Of a stretch of DNA of 64,000 bases, positions 17,471 through 26,106 are shown piece after piece. The DNA is taken from positions 11,909-75,908 of the forward strand of contig CABMCD010000004.1 in assembly GCA_902384555.1 (NCBI GenBank), read 5' to 3'. The translations under genes were made by a program, and so were the position numbers. Every line of letters starts with the position of its first letter. Position 1 is the first letter of the stretch. Below the pieces are notes generated by a model. The model ran no database searches and had not been told where the DNA came from. It was given only the letters and a program-made list of their open reading frames with translations. This DNA comes from an uncultured archaeon. GTDB lineage: Archaea; Micrarchaeota; Micrarchaeia; Anstonellales; Anstonellaceae.

Positions 17471-20400
17471 GCCAGACCGATGCATCAAGCCCGAATCCAA
17501 TCGGCGATGCGCCGCTGGCCCCAGAGCCGGAAATAAATGAAATTGTTTCTCCCGCCCGGACGGCCCCGTCCGGCCAGCCCGTGAGCGGGGCAGAAAACGC
17601 CCGGCCTCCCGCCCTCGGCGCCTCCGCATCCCCGCCGCCGGGCGGGGCGGAAGAAAAGAAAAGCGCCGCCGCCCCCTCCGCCAAATCCGCCGACCAGCCC
17701 CACCATGACACGGCGGCTGAGAAGGCCATGCGCCTGGCGGCCGGCCTGCTCACCCATTCCGAAACCAAAAAAGAGAAAGGGGGAGGGGAGAAAGAGCCCA
17801 AGGCATCGGCCGAGATGGAGAAATATTTCGAGCATTTGCGCACCCGCATGGAAAAGGCGCTGGACATGGCCAACGCCGCCCGCAGCCGCGGCCTCGACCC
17901 GGAGCGCTATGTGGAAATCAATCCCGCCGCCGACGTGGCGGCCCGGGTGGAGGGGCTGGTGGGCCCGCCGGGCGTGGCCGCGCTCATCCACAAGTGGGAG
18001 GAGAGCGGCAAGTCCCGCGAGCTGGTGGCCTATGAAGTGCTGCTGGCCATTTGCCGCGGCGAACTCATCAAGGGCGACCGCGACGCGCTCATCGACCAGG
18101 GCGTAAGAACGGCCGTCTCCATCCTGACCGAAGGCGTGCTGGTGGCCCCCACCGAAGGAATCGCGCATATCCGCGTGAAAAAGAACCCTGACGGCTCGGA
18201 CTATCTGGCCATCTATTTCGCCGGCCCTATTCGCTCGGCCGGCGGCACGGTGGCCGCGCTCTCGGTGGTGATGGCCGACGTGGCCCGCCGGCATTTCAAA
18301 CTGGGCGACTACCGCCCGCTCGATGACGAGGTGGAGCGCTATGTGGAGGAAATCAACCTCTACAACGACCGCTGTGCGCACTTGCAATACAAGCCCTCCG
18401 ATGACGACATTAGAAAAATCGTGCGCGCCTGCCCCGTGTGCGTGGAGGGCGAGCCGACCGAGGAGATGGAAGTGTCGGTCAAGCGCGACTTGGCGCGCGT
18501 GGAGACCAACCGCGTGCGCGGCGGCATCGCGCTGGTGATTTGCGAGGGCATTGCCCAGAAGGCGGCCAAGGTGCTCAAATACACCTCCAAAATCGGACTG
18601 GACTGGACCTATCTGGAATCCATGACCAAGGGCGTGAAAAAGTCCATGGGCAGCTTCGAGCTCAAGGGCGACCCGCGCTTTATGGACGAGCTGGTGGCCG
18701 GGCGGCCGGTGTTCTCATTTCCCCTCAAGCCGGGGGGCTTCCGCATCCGCTATGGAAGAACGCGCGCCTCCGGAATTGCGGGCAAGGCCATTCATCCGGC
18801 CACCATGTACATTCTCGACTCGTTTCCGGCCATTGGCACCCAGCTCAAAATCGAGCGGCCCGGCAAGGGAGCCGTGGTGAGCCCCTGCGACGCCGTGCTG
18901 GGGCCGGTGGTGAAATTGCAGGATGGCTCGGTGGTGGAGGTCACTTCTTCCAAGCAGGCGCAGGAGATTGTGGCGCAGGTGGTCGAAATCCTCTTTCTTG
19001 GCGATTTGCTGGTGCCGGTGGGCGACTTTTTGAAAGCCAACCACCCCCTCGTGCCTTCCGGCATGGTGGAGGAGTGGTGGGTGCAGCTGGCGGCAGCCAA
19101 GGGGCTCAAATACAAAATCGAGCAGGTGCCCCCCGCGCCGGAGGCCTTCAAGCTCTCGCACGAGCACGGCCTGCCGCTGCATCCGCGCTACATCTATTTC
19201 TGGCAGGACATCACGGCCGAGCAGATGCGGGATTTGGCCGAATGGCTGGTGCACGGCAAATTGGAATACGAGTGGTTCCATCTCAAGGGCATGAGCGTGG
19301 AGAGCGCGCCCGCCAAGCGGGTGCTCGAGCTCTTGTGCATTCCCCATCAGGTGCTGGGCGCGCGCATCTACATCGCGGGCGACACGGCCTATGCGCTGCT
19401 CACCACCCTTGCGCTGCTGGACGAGGCCAAGCACGCCCTCACCCCTGAAAAATTCCGCAAGAACTTCGACCCGGCCAGAAGCGCGCAGGAAAACGCCAAT
19501 TCGCTCTCGGGCGTCAACATCCTGCCCAAAGCGCCGGTCTATGTGGGCACCCGCATGGGAAGGCCGGAGAAATCCAAGGAGCGCAAGATGGCCCCGCCCA
19601 CCCACGTGCTCTTCCCGCTGGGAAGGCTCAACAAGAGCCGCCAGGTGGTGCGCACCTACGACAAGGCGCGGGGGGATGAGAAGAAAGAGGGGCGCGGCAT
19701 GGAAGTGGACGTGGCCCGCCTGCGCTGCCGCACCTGCAAAACGTTTTCGCTCTCCATCACCTGCCCGGCCTGCGGTGGGGACTGCGAGCGCCAGCGCGTG
19801 TGCTCCAACTGCGGAGTGCAGACCAACCGCGAGGAGTGCCCGACCTGCCACGGCAAGACGCGGTGGTGGGAGCGGCGCAACATCGATTTGGTCAAGCGGG
19901 TGGAAGAGGCCAAGCGCCGCCTGAATTGGAGCGCGCTGCCTGAAATCAAGGGCGTGCAGGGCCTTATCTCGGAGAGCAAGATACCCGAAGCGCTGGAGAA
20001 GGGCTTTTTGCGCGCCAAGCACGGGGTGACGGTTTTCCGCGACGCCACCTGCCGGCACGACTCCACCAACGTCACCCTCACCCATTTCACCCCCCGCGAG
20101 GTGCGCGTCTCGATTGACAAGCTCAAGACCTTGGGCTACACCCACGATTTGGAGGGCAAGCCCCTGCATTCGCCCGACCAGGTGCTGGCCCTGAAAGTGC
20201 AGGACGTCATCGTGTCGGACGACGGGGCGCAATTTTTCTTCAAGGTGGCCAACTACATCGACGAGATGCTGGTGACGCTGTATCAGATGCGGCCCTATTA
20301 CCAGCTCAATAAGCCCGAGGATTTGGTCGGGCATCTGGCCGTCGGCCTCTCGCCCCACACCTCGGCCGGCTGCTTGTGCCGCATTGTCGGATTCACGCGC

Positions 20401-21201
20401 GCGCACGTGGGCTATGCGCACCCCTATTTCCACTGCGCCAAGCGCAGGAATACCGATGGCGATGAGGACTCGCTCATGCTCCTCGCGGACGCGCTCATCA
20501 ATTTCTCGCGCCGCTTCATTCCCGCCACCCGCGGCGGCACCATGGACGCTCCGCTGGTGCTGACCACGCGTTTGGACCCGACCGAAGTGGATGACGAAGT
20601 GCATTCCATGGAGGCGTGCGAGAGCTATTCGCTGGAATTCTATGAGCTGGCGGCCCGCTTCGCCTCGCCGTCCGAGGCCAACGTGCCGCTGGTGAAGAAT
20701 TTGCTTGGAAAGGCGGGCCAATACGAAAGCTTGGGCTACACCCATGCGGTGAAATCCATTGACGAGGGCCCGCTGATGACCTCCTACATTTCGCTGGAAA
20801 AAAGCATGGTGGCCAAAGTCAAGGTGGAGTTCGCGCTGGAGGACAAACTGCGCGCGGTGGACCCGGCGGATGTGGCCAACCGCGTGCTCTTGTCGCACTT
20901 TTTGCCCGACATGTACGGCAATTTGCGCTCGTTTTCAAGGCAGACGTTCCGATGCGTGGACTGCAACGCCAAATTCCGGCGCGTGCCCCTCGTGGGCCAC
21001 TGCACCAAATGCAACGGCAAATTGATTCTGACCATCTACAAGGGCGGGATTGAGAAGTATTTGAAGCCCTCTTTGGAGCTGGTGGAGCGATATCATTTGC
21101 CGGCGTATATGAAGCAGAGAATCGAGCTGATAAGAAAGGACATTGACTCCATCTTTACGGATGAGAAGAGCGTGCAAAAAGGGTTGGCAGATTACATGTG
21201 A
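17467..21201 (+). CDS. polC: DNA polymerase II (PolD) large subunit DP2
   Basis: TEGVLVAPTEGI, YFAGPIRSAGGT, RYGRTR, GTRMGRPEK, Zn fingers, catalytic RRNTDGDED, RGGTMDAPL; GTGA overlap with DP1. Confidence 0.97.
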   Translation: MSQTDASSPNPIGDAPLAPEPEINEIVSPARTAPSGQPVSGAENARPPALGASASPPPGGAEEKKSAAAPSAKSADQPHHDTAAEKAMRLAAGLLTHSETKKEKGGGEKEPKASAEMEKYFEHLRTRMEKALDMANAARSRGLDPERYVEINPAADVAARVEGLVGPPGVAALIHKWEESGKSRELVAYEVLLAICRGELIKGDRDALIDQGVRTAVSILTEGVLVAPTEGIAHIRVKKNPDGSDYLAIYFAGPIRSAGGTVAALSVVMADVARRHFKLGDYRPLDDEVERYVEEINLYNDRCAHLQYKPSDDDIRKIVRACPVCVEGEPTEEMEVSVKRDLARVETNRVRGGIALVICEGIAQKAAKVLKYTSKIGLDWTYLESMTKGVKKSMGSFELKGDPRFMDELVAGRPVFSFPLKPGGFRIRYGRTRASGIAGKAIHPATMYILDSFPAIGTQLKIERPGKGAVVSPCDAVLGPVVKLQDGSVVEVTSSKQAQEIVAQVVEILFLGDLLVPVGDFLKANHPLVPSGMVEEWWVQLAAAKGLKYKIEQVPPAPEAFKLSHEHGLPLHPRYIYFWQDITAEQMRDLAEWLVHGKLEYEWFHLKGMSVESAPAKRVLELLCIPHQVLGARIYIAGDTAYALLTTLALLDEAKHALTPEKFRKNFDPARSAQENANSLSGVNILPKAPVYVGTRMGRPEKSKERKMAPPTHVLFPLGRLNKSRQVVRTYDKARGDEKKEGRGMEVDVARLRCRTCKTFSLSITCPACGGDCERQRVCSNCGVQTNREECPTCHGKTRWWERRNIDLVKRVEEAKRRLNWSALPEIKGVQGLISESKIPEALEKGFLRAKHGVTVFRDATCRHDSTNVTLTHFTPREVRVSIDKLKTLGYTHDLEGKPLHSPDQVLALKVQDVIVSDDGAQFFFKVANYIDEMLVTLYQMRPYYQLNKPEDLVGHLAVGLSPHTSAGCLCRIVGFTRAHVGYAHPYFHCAKRRNTDGDEDSLMLLADALINFSRRFIPATRGGTMDAPLVLTTRLDPTEVDDEVHSMEACESYSLEFYELAARFASPSEANVPLVKNLLGKAGQYESLGYTHAVKSIDEGPLMTSYISLEKSMVAKVKVEFALEDKLRAVDPADVANRVLLSHFLPDMYGNLRSFSRQTFRCVDCNAKFRRVPLVGHCTKCNGKLILTIYKGGIEKYLKPSLELVERYHLPAYMKQRIELIRKDIDSIFTDEKSVQKGLADYM

Positions 21202-21206
21202 GGAGG

Positions 21207-21842
21207 TCAGGCCCCAACCGCCTTCCCCACCAAGCCCGGAAACACGGCCACCAATCCAGTGGTAATGAACTGCACGCCAATGGCGCACACAATCAGGCCC
21301 ATGATGCGCATCAGCGCATACAGCCCCTCCTGCCCCAGCACTTTCATGATGCGCTCGGACGAGCGCAGCACCAGATAGTTGAGGGCGCAGGCCACGAAGA
21401 TGGCGCCCCAGAGGGTGAATTCCTCCAGCAGGCCCGTCACCTGCCCGGCGAGAAGCACGGTGGTGGAGATGGCCCCCGGCCCCGAGGTCATGGGAATGGC
21501 CAGGGGCACCATGTAAACCAGGTCCTTGCGCACGTCCTGCTTCTTTTTCTCATCAGTCGGGAAGAGCATGCGCAGGCCGATAATCAGAAGGGCGATGCCG
21601 CCCGCGATGCGGAAGGAGTCGATGGTAATCGAGTAGATTTTGAACAGCCACAGGCCGGTGAGGGCAAAGAAGAAGAGCACGCAGAAGGCGACCAGCGAAG
21701 TCAGGAACGCCACCCTATTCTGCTCGGCCGTTTTCTGTCCTTTGGTGAGCGAGAGGAAGATGCCGATGGTGGAGAGGGGGTTGATGATGACCAGAAGCGC
21801 GATGAGGGAGGTGATGAAATAGGAATCCAGGGCCATGGCCAT
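21207..21842 (-). CDS. MarC family inner membrane protein
   Basis: IINPLS, FRIAGG, PLAIPMTSGPGAI, RIMGLI. Confidence 0.9.
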   Translation of the reverse strand: MAMALDSYFITSLIALLVIINPLSTIGIFLSLTKGQKTAEQNRVAFLTSLVAFCVLFFFALTGLWLFKIYSITIDSFRIAGGIALLIIGLRMLFPTDEKKKQDVRKDLVYMVPLAIPMTSGPGAISTTVLLAGQVTGLLEEFTLWGAIFVACALNYLVLRSSERIMKVLGQEGLYALMRIMGLIVCAIGVQFITTGLVAVFPGLVGKAVGA

Positions 21843-21866
21843 ATGGGCAAGGGCACGCACGGGCGA

Positions 21867-21873
21867 TTTAAAA
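21867..21873. promoter_or_regulatory. shared bidirectional TATA box for marC and the HAD hydrolase
   Basis: A single TTTAAAA lies 22-24 nt from each of the two divergent ATGs (21842 and 21896). Confidence 0.55.
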
Positions 21874-21895
21874 TGATGACGGGCGAGAGGAGGGC

Positions 21896-22846
21896 ATGAA
21901 ATCCAAAAATCGGAATTTCAGCCGCATCATTTTCGACATGGACGGCGTGCTCTACCGCGGGCACACCCCCATTCCCGGCGCGGCCCAAGCCCTGGATAAA
22001 ATCCGCCAAGCGGGCTACCCCATCTCCTTTGTCACCAACAACGCGACGCGCTCGCGCGCCGAATTGCAGCGGCGCATGAAAAAAATGGGCATCCGCGCGC
22101 ATCCGGATGAAATCATGACCTCGGCTTATGCGGCCGGCTGCTATTTGAAGGGCATGAAACAAAAGCCGAAATCGGTTTACGTCATTGGAGAGAGGGGATT
22201 GAAGAACGAGCTGCGCTCGGCCGGATTTTCAGTCTTGCCCCTCCATCTCCGCGGCGAGCGCGAATCCACCACCACCTTTTCCCGCCTTTCCAACTCCGAA
22301 TTGCACCCTGCTTCGCACGTGCTGGTCAGCGGCCTCGACCGCCACCTTACATACGCCAAGCTCGCGGCCGGCCTCGACATGCTCAACGCGGGCGCGAGCT
22401 GGGTGGCCTGCAATCTGGACCCCACCCTGCCGATGGAAAACGGCGTCCATCCCGGCTCGGGCAGTCTGGGCGCGTGCCTGGCCTATGCGGCCGGACAGGT
22501 TAGGCCGGACGAGCCGGGCCGGCGCGGGCGGCCGGGCGCACGAAAGGCCGGGGCGCATTTTTCCAACATCATTTTGCGCGAGCCGGACGTGGTGGTGGGC
22601 AAGCCCACCACATATATGCTGGACATGATTTGCAAGAAATGCTCGCCCGCCCAGCGGCGCTCCATCCTTTTTGTGGGCGACCGCCTCGACATGGACATTG
22701 CCTTCGCCAGCGCGGGCGGGCTGTCCTCCCTGCTGGTGCTGAGCGGGGTGGCTAAAAAAGAGGAAGCTAAGAGAGCCAAGGGTTCGCTCAAGCCCGGCGC
22801 CATCCTCAATTCGGTGGCCGAGCTGCCGAAATGGCTCGGCGTTTGA
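21896..22846 (+). CDS. HAD-IIA family hydrolase (NagD-like phosphatase)
   Basis: FDMDGVLY, VTNN, GKP, VGDRLDMDI. Confidence 0.92.
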   Translation: MKSKNRNFSRIIFDMDGVLYRGHTPIPGAAQALDKIRQAGYPISFVTNNATRSRAELQRRMKKMGIRAHPDEIMTSAYAAGCYLKGMKQKPKSVYVIGERGLKNELRSAGFSVLPLHLRGERESTTTFSRLSNSELHPASHVLVSGLDRHLTYAKLAAGLDMLNAGASWVACNLDPTLPMENGVHPGSGSLGACLAYAAGQVRPDEPGRRGRPGARKAGAHFSNIILREPDVVVGKPTTYMLDMICKKCSPAQRRSILFVGDRLDMDIAFASAGGLSSLLVLSGVAKKEEAKRAKGSLKPGAILNSVAELPKWLGV

Positions 22847-22854
22847 ATTCTTTT

Positions 22855-23934
22855 TCAATAGCGGTACATGCCGTTGAGCGTGTCGTCCACATCCTCGTTC
22901 TCGCTCTTTTTCTTGATGGCCTCCAAGCCCTGAGAGGGAGCGGGCTCGGGGGAAGCCGCAGGCGGACTGGCGATGGGCCAGCCGGAGGAAGAAGAGGTTG
23001 ACTCGGTTTGGGACGGGGACGGCCAGCCGGAGGGAGCCGGACTCGCGGCCGCTGGGCTTTGGTTGGAACTGGGGTCCAAATCCATGGCCGCGCGCGTGAG
23101 CCAGTCTGAAAAGTGGGGCTGGGACGCCGGGCGCGGCTCGGCGGGGGGAGAAGCGGCCGGCGGGGAATACGGCGGAGCGGCCGGAGCCAGCGCATAGGGC
23201 GAGTTGGGTTGGGTGTATTCGCCCGCGTGCGCGGGCTGGGGCGCGAAGAGAGAGGGTGAAGCGGGGGCCGGCTCGTTGGAAAAGATGGAGGGCGGATTTT
23301 GGGAAACCGAGAAGGGCGAGGCCGGGGCGCCAAACGCGCCGGCAGCCGGGGCCGGGCTTGGAGAGCCATAGGGGGCCGGCGGCTGGCTGGGCGCGCCGTA
23401 GGGGCTGGAAGGCTGGCCGGAATAGCCATACGAGGGGGTATTGGAGGGGCTGGGCGCGCCATACCCGCCGGGCGAGGGCTGGCCGGCAAACAGGCCCGAG
23501 GGCGGAGCCGGAACGGAGTGGTAGGTGAGCGGGGGCGTGATTTGCGAGGCCGGAGCGGGGTCGGAAAACATGTCCATAGGGGCAGGTGAGGGCGCGTCGG
23601 CGCCATTGAGCGCCGAAGCGGGCGTGCTAAACGGGCCGGACAGGTGGCTGGGGGTTTCGGCTGGGCGCGTCTGCTCGCCAAAAGAGGGCCAAGAGGGAGC
23701 GGGAGAAGAAGGGGCCGACCACGCCGGAGCGGGCGAGGAGGGCGCGATGGAGAGGGACTGGAAGGTTTCGGATTTTTGCGAGGGCCGCAGCAGGGGCGAG
23801 AGCGACACCTGCACCACGCGGCCCGAAGCCGGGTCGAGGCCGGTGACTTCCACTTCGTCCAAATCCAGCGAGGAATTGACCTCGATGAAGTGCGCCTGCC
23901 CGTTCACCAGAATCTGTTTCTTGATGCTTGACAT
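22855..23934 (-). CDS. Pro/Ser/Ala-rich, largely disordered hypothetical protein
   Basis: Short beta-rich N-terminal domain, ~270-aa low-complexity tract, charged C-terminal tail; SD GGAGG. Confidence 0.7.
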   Translation of the reverse strand: MSSIKKQILVNGQAHFIEVNSSLDLDEVEVTGLDPASGRVVQVSLSPLLRPSQKSETFQSLSIAPSSPAPAWSAPSSPAPSWPSFGEQTRPAETPSHLSGPFSTPASALNGADAPSPAPMDMFSDPAPASQITPPLTYHSVPAPPSGLFAGQPSPGGYGAPSPSNTPSYGYSGQPSSPYGAPSQPPAPYGSPSPAPAAGAFGAPASPFSVSQNPPSIFSNEPAPASPSLFAPQPAHAGEYTQPNSPYALAPAAPPYSPPAASPPAEPRPASQPHFSDWLTRAAMDLDPSSNQSPAAASPAPSGWPSPSQTESTSSSSGWPIASPPAASPEPAPSQGLEAIKKKSENEDVDDTLNGMYRY

Positions 23935-24044
23935 GCCCAACCGCCTCCGAGACGGGCAAGCCTCTCGGACAGGGTTTATTAGCCCTCGCGGGCGTGTGTG
24001 GAGAATAGTATATAAATGTGAATATTCATATCAATTCGACGAAT

Positions 24045-26087
24045 ATGGGCACTTATTCCCTCAAAACAACCGCTGCGCGGACCGGGTGGATAACACTCGA
24101 CGGGCAACCCAAAAAGGTCGAGCTGTGCGTCCTGCCGCGCGACGCCATCACGGCCTTCAGCCAGAAGAAGATGGACCGGTTCAATGGCGCGATTCACGTT
24201 TTCCCTGAGCAGAAGGCCGAATACGACAAATGGAGGGCCTATCAAGACAATGGCCACGCGTTCGTCCTCATGGCCATGGGCGAGCAGCTGGCGGCCGAGC
24301 GCCTCGCGCTCGAAACCGCGTTTGCCAAAACCAAAGCCAGACTGGAAGAGGCGAAGAAAACCTGCGACAGGCTGGAAAAGGAAGAATGCCGGGAGGGCAG
24401 GATTTGCGCAAGGCTGGAAGAGCCGCTCAAGGGCCCGATGCGGGAGCGGCAGAAGCTTCTGCAAACCCAGAATGAGCGCTACCGCAAATTGGGCGAGATT
24501 CAGGCCCAGCTCATCGACTTGGAGAAGAAAAACCGCTCCCTCCTGCTCGGGGCTGAAGAAAAGGCAGGTGTAGGACAATGGCTGCAAACATTCTTCGACC
24601 CCGGCGCCGGACGTCCCATGCAGATATGGGACGTCATTCTCAAGGACGCGGAAAGGGGATTGTCGGATTTGGAGATCGTTTGCCGCCTGCTGGAGTTGGC
24701 CGGATTCGGGGCGGCCAATAATCCGAAAACCCTGGATGCGAAACGGCTGGGCGGGCTGGATGAGAAGGTGCTGCAAGAGCTTGAGAGGGGCTGGGCACAG
24801 GTCATCCGGAGCAATCAGGAACTGATGGAGAGGCTGGGAGAATGGGAGGCCGTGCTCGTGCGCACGCGGGACCAGCTCAAGGAAGCGCTGGCCGACATAA
24901 GAGAACAGCGGCGCAAGGAGAGAAACCAGACCGGGCCGAAACTCCCCCTCAAGGAGCGGCTGGCGCAGATGAAGAGACACAAAGCCCGGGACAAAGCCGG
25001 AAAGCGGGCCGAAATGCTCATCAGGCACTTGGAGCTGCAGCTCGCATTCCTGCATAAGATAGAGGATATCGCGGCCGGGGCCAACCGGGCGGTCGAGAGC
25101 CTGCAGGAGCAGGTCGAGCCCAGCCAAAAGCTGGAGGGGCCGCTAAGGAAGCTGGAGCGCACGCAGGAGATGCGGCGGGCGCAGGAGAAAAAAACGGCGG
25201 AGCTGCAGGCCGAATATGACGGGCTGGAGCGCCAGTGTCAAAGCGTGCGGGCGCGGGAGGAAAAGCTGCTGGAGCAGACGAACGAGCTCATCGGGCGGCT
25301 GGACGCGCGCCGCAAGCGCCGGGCGGACTATGAGAAAAGGAAGGTGGAGCGGGCGAACGCCCCCAAACAGAAGGAGGCGCAGGAACTGCACGAGCTGCAA
25401 TGTCAGATTGCCGAGCTGGAACGCGAAGAGCGCAAGAACAAGAAGCGTGAGGAGTGGCTGGGCCGCTTTGACATGGAGAAGCGCAAGGCGGAGGAGCGCC
25501 TCAAAGAACTGGATGAGATTATCCTGACATCAAAACAAAAGCTGGCGGACGAGTTGTGGAACCCCGAGCTCTTTGTGTTCTGCCAGAGCGGCCAGCACAC
25601 GCCAAGGCAGAGGGAGGACTTCGATGAAACGGTGGGCCAGCTGGCCGACCTGTACATGGAAACGGGAGGCAAGCTGACCGCCAATAATCTGCATGCCTGG
25701 TTACCCCGCAGCGCCAAGCCGCAGAACACGGCCTGGATGGACCGAGGCTACCAGCTTATTCGCGTGGGCTTCCACGCCCGCAATTTCGACCGCTTCCTCA
25801 TCGACTTGGCCGAGCCGCCGGAGAGGCCGGGCCTGAACGAGCCGGTGGGCCCCCGAATCTATTTCATAGGCGGAAAGGGAGACTGCGTCAGCTTCATGAA
25901 AAACCGCAAATATGTCAATGAGGAGGCCGCTTCCCAAAATGACTGGCGGGCCGGGCTTTTCAAGCGGGTGCTCGGGCCGGCCATTGAGGCCCAGAAGGAG
26001 ATGGACGAGCTGCTGGGCAACGGGCACGCGAATGGAAACGGCAATGGACAGAATGGAAAAGGAAATGGGGAAAAGAACGGCGCTTAG
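24045..26087 (+). CDS. long coiled-coil protein with possible C-terminal RelE/ParE-like domain
   Basis: E/K/R/L heptad-rich over ~450 aa; C-terminal GYQLIRVG..RFLID..RIYFIG; TATATAAA at 24009. Confidence 0.75.
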   Translation: MGTYSLKTTAARTGWITLDGQPKKVELCVLPRDAITAFSQKKMDRFNGAIHVFPEQKAEYDKWRAYQDNGHAFVLMAMGEQLAAERLALETAFAKTKARLEEAKKTCDRLEKEECREGRICARLEEPLKGPMRERQKLLQTQNERYRKLGEIQAQLIDLEKKNRSLLLGAEEKAGVGQWLQTFFDPGAGRPMQIWDVILKDAERGLSDLEIVCRLLELAGFGAANNPKTLDAKRLGGLDEKVLQELERGWAQVIRSNQELMERLGEWEAVLVRTRDQLKEALADIREQRRKERNQTGPKLPLKERLAQMKRHKARDKAGKRAEMLIRHLELQLAFLHKIEDIAAGANRAVESLQEQVEPSQKLEGPLRKLERTQEMRRAQEKKTAELQAEYDGLERQCQSVRAREEKLLEQTNELIGRLDARRKRRADYEKRKVERANAPKQKEAQELHELQCQIAELEREERKNKKREEWLGRFDMEKRKAEERLKELDEIILTSKQKLADELWNPELFVFCQSGQHTPRQREDFDETVGQLADLYMETGGKLTANNLHAWLPRSAKPQNTAWMDRGYQLIRVGFHARNFDRFLIDLAEPPERPGLNEPVGPRIYFIGGKGDCVSFMKNRKYVNEEAASQNDWRAGLFKRVLGPAIEAQKEMDELLGNGHANGNGNGQNGKGNGEKNGA

Positions 26088-26106
26088 GCGGCTGGCGTGA
26101 AGAGGC

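Noticed and set aside
18715-20898. Long antisense ORFs (727 aa here; also 5374-7479, 32993-34588, 39313-40848, 43879-45540 and others)
   Set aside because: Shadow frames of GC-rich genes on the opposite strand, with no motifs.
17467-21201. Intein in PolD DP2
   Set aside because: The RRNTDGDED region is contiguous; the extra length is an N-terminal low-complexity extension.
22855-22870. Proteasome-docking HbYX motif at the C-terminus of the Pro-rich protein
   Set aside because: The protein ends MYRY; the penultimate residue is Arg, not Tyr.
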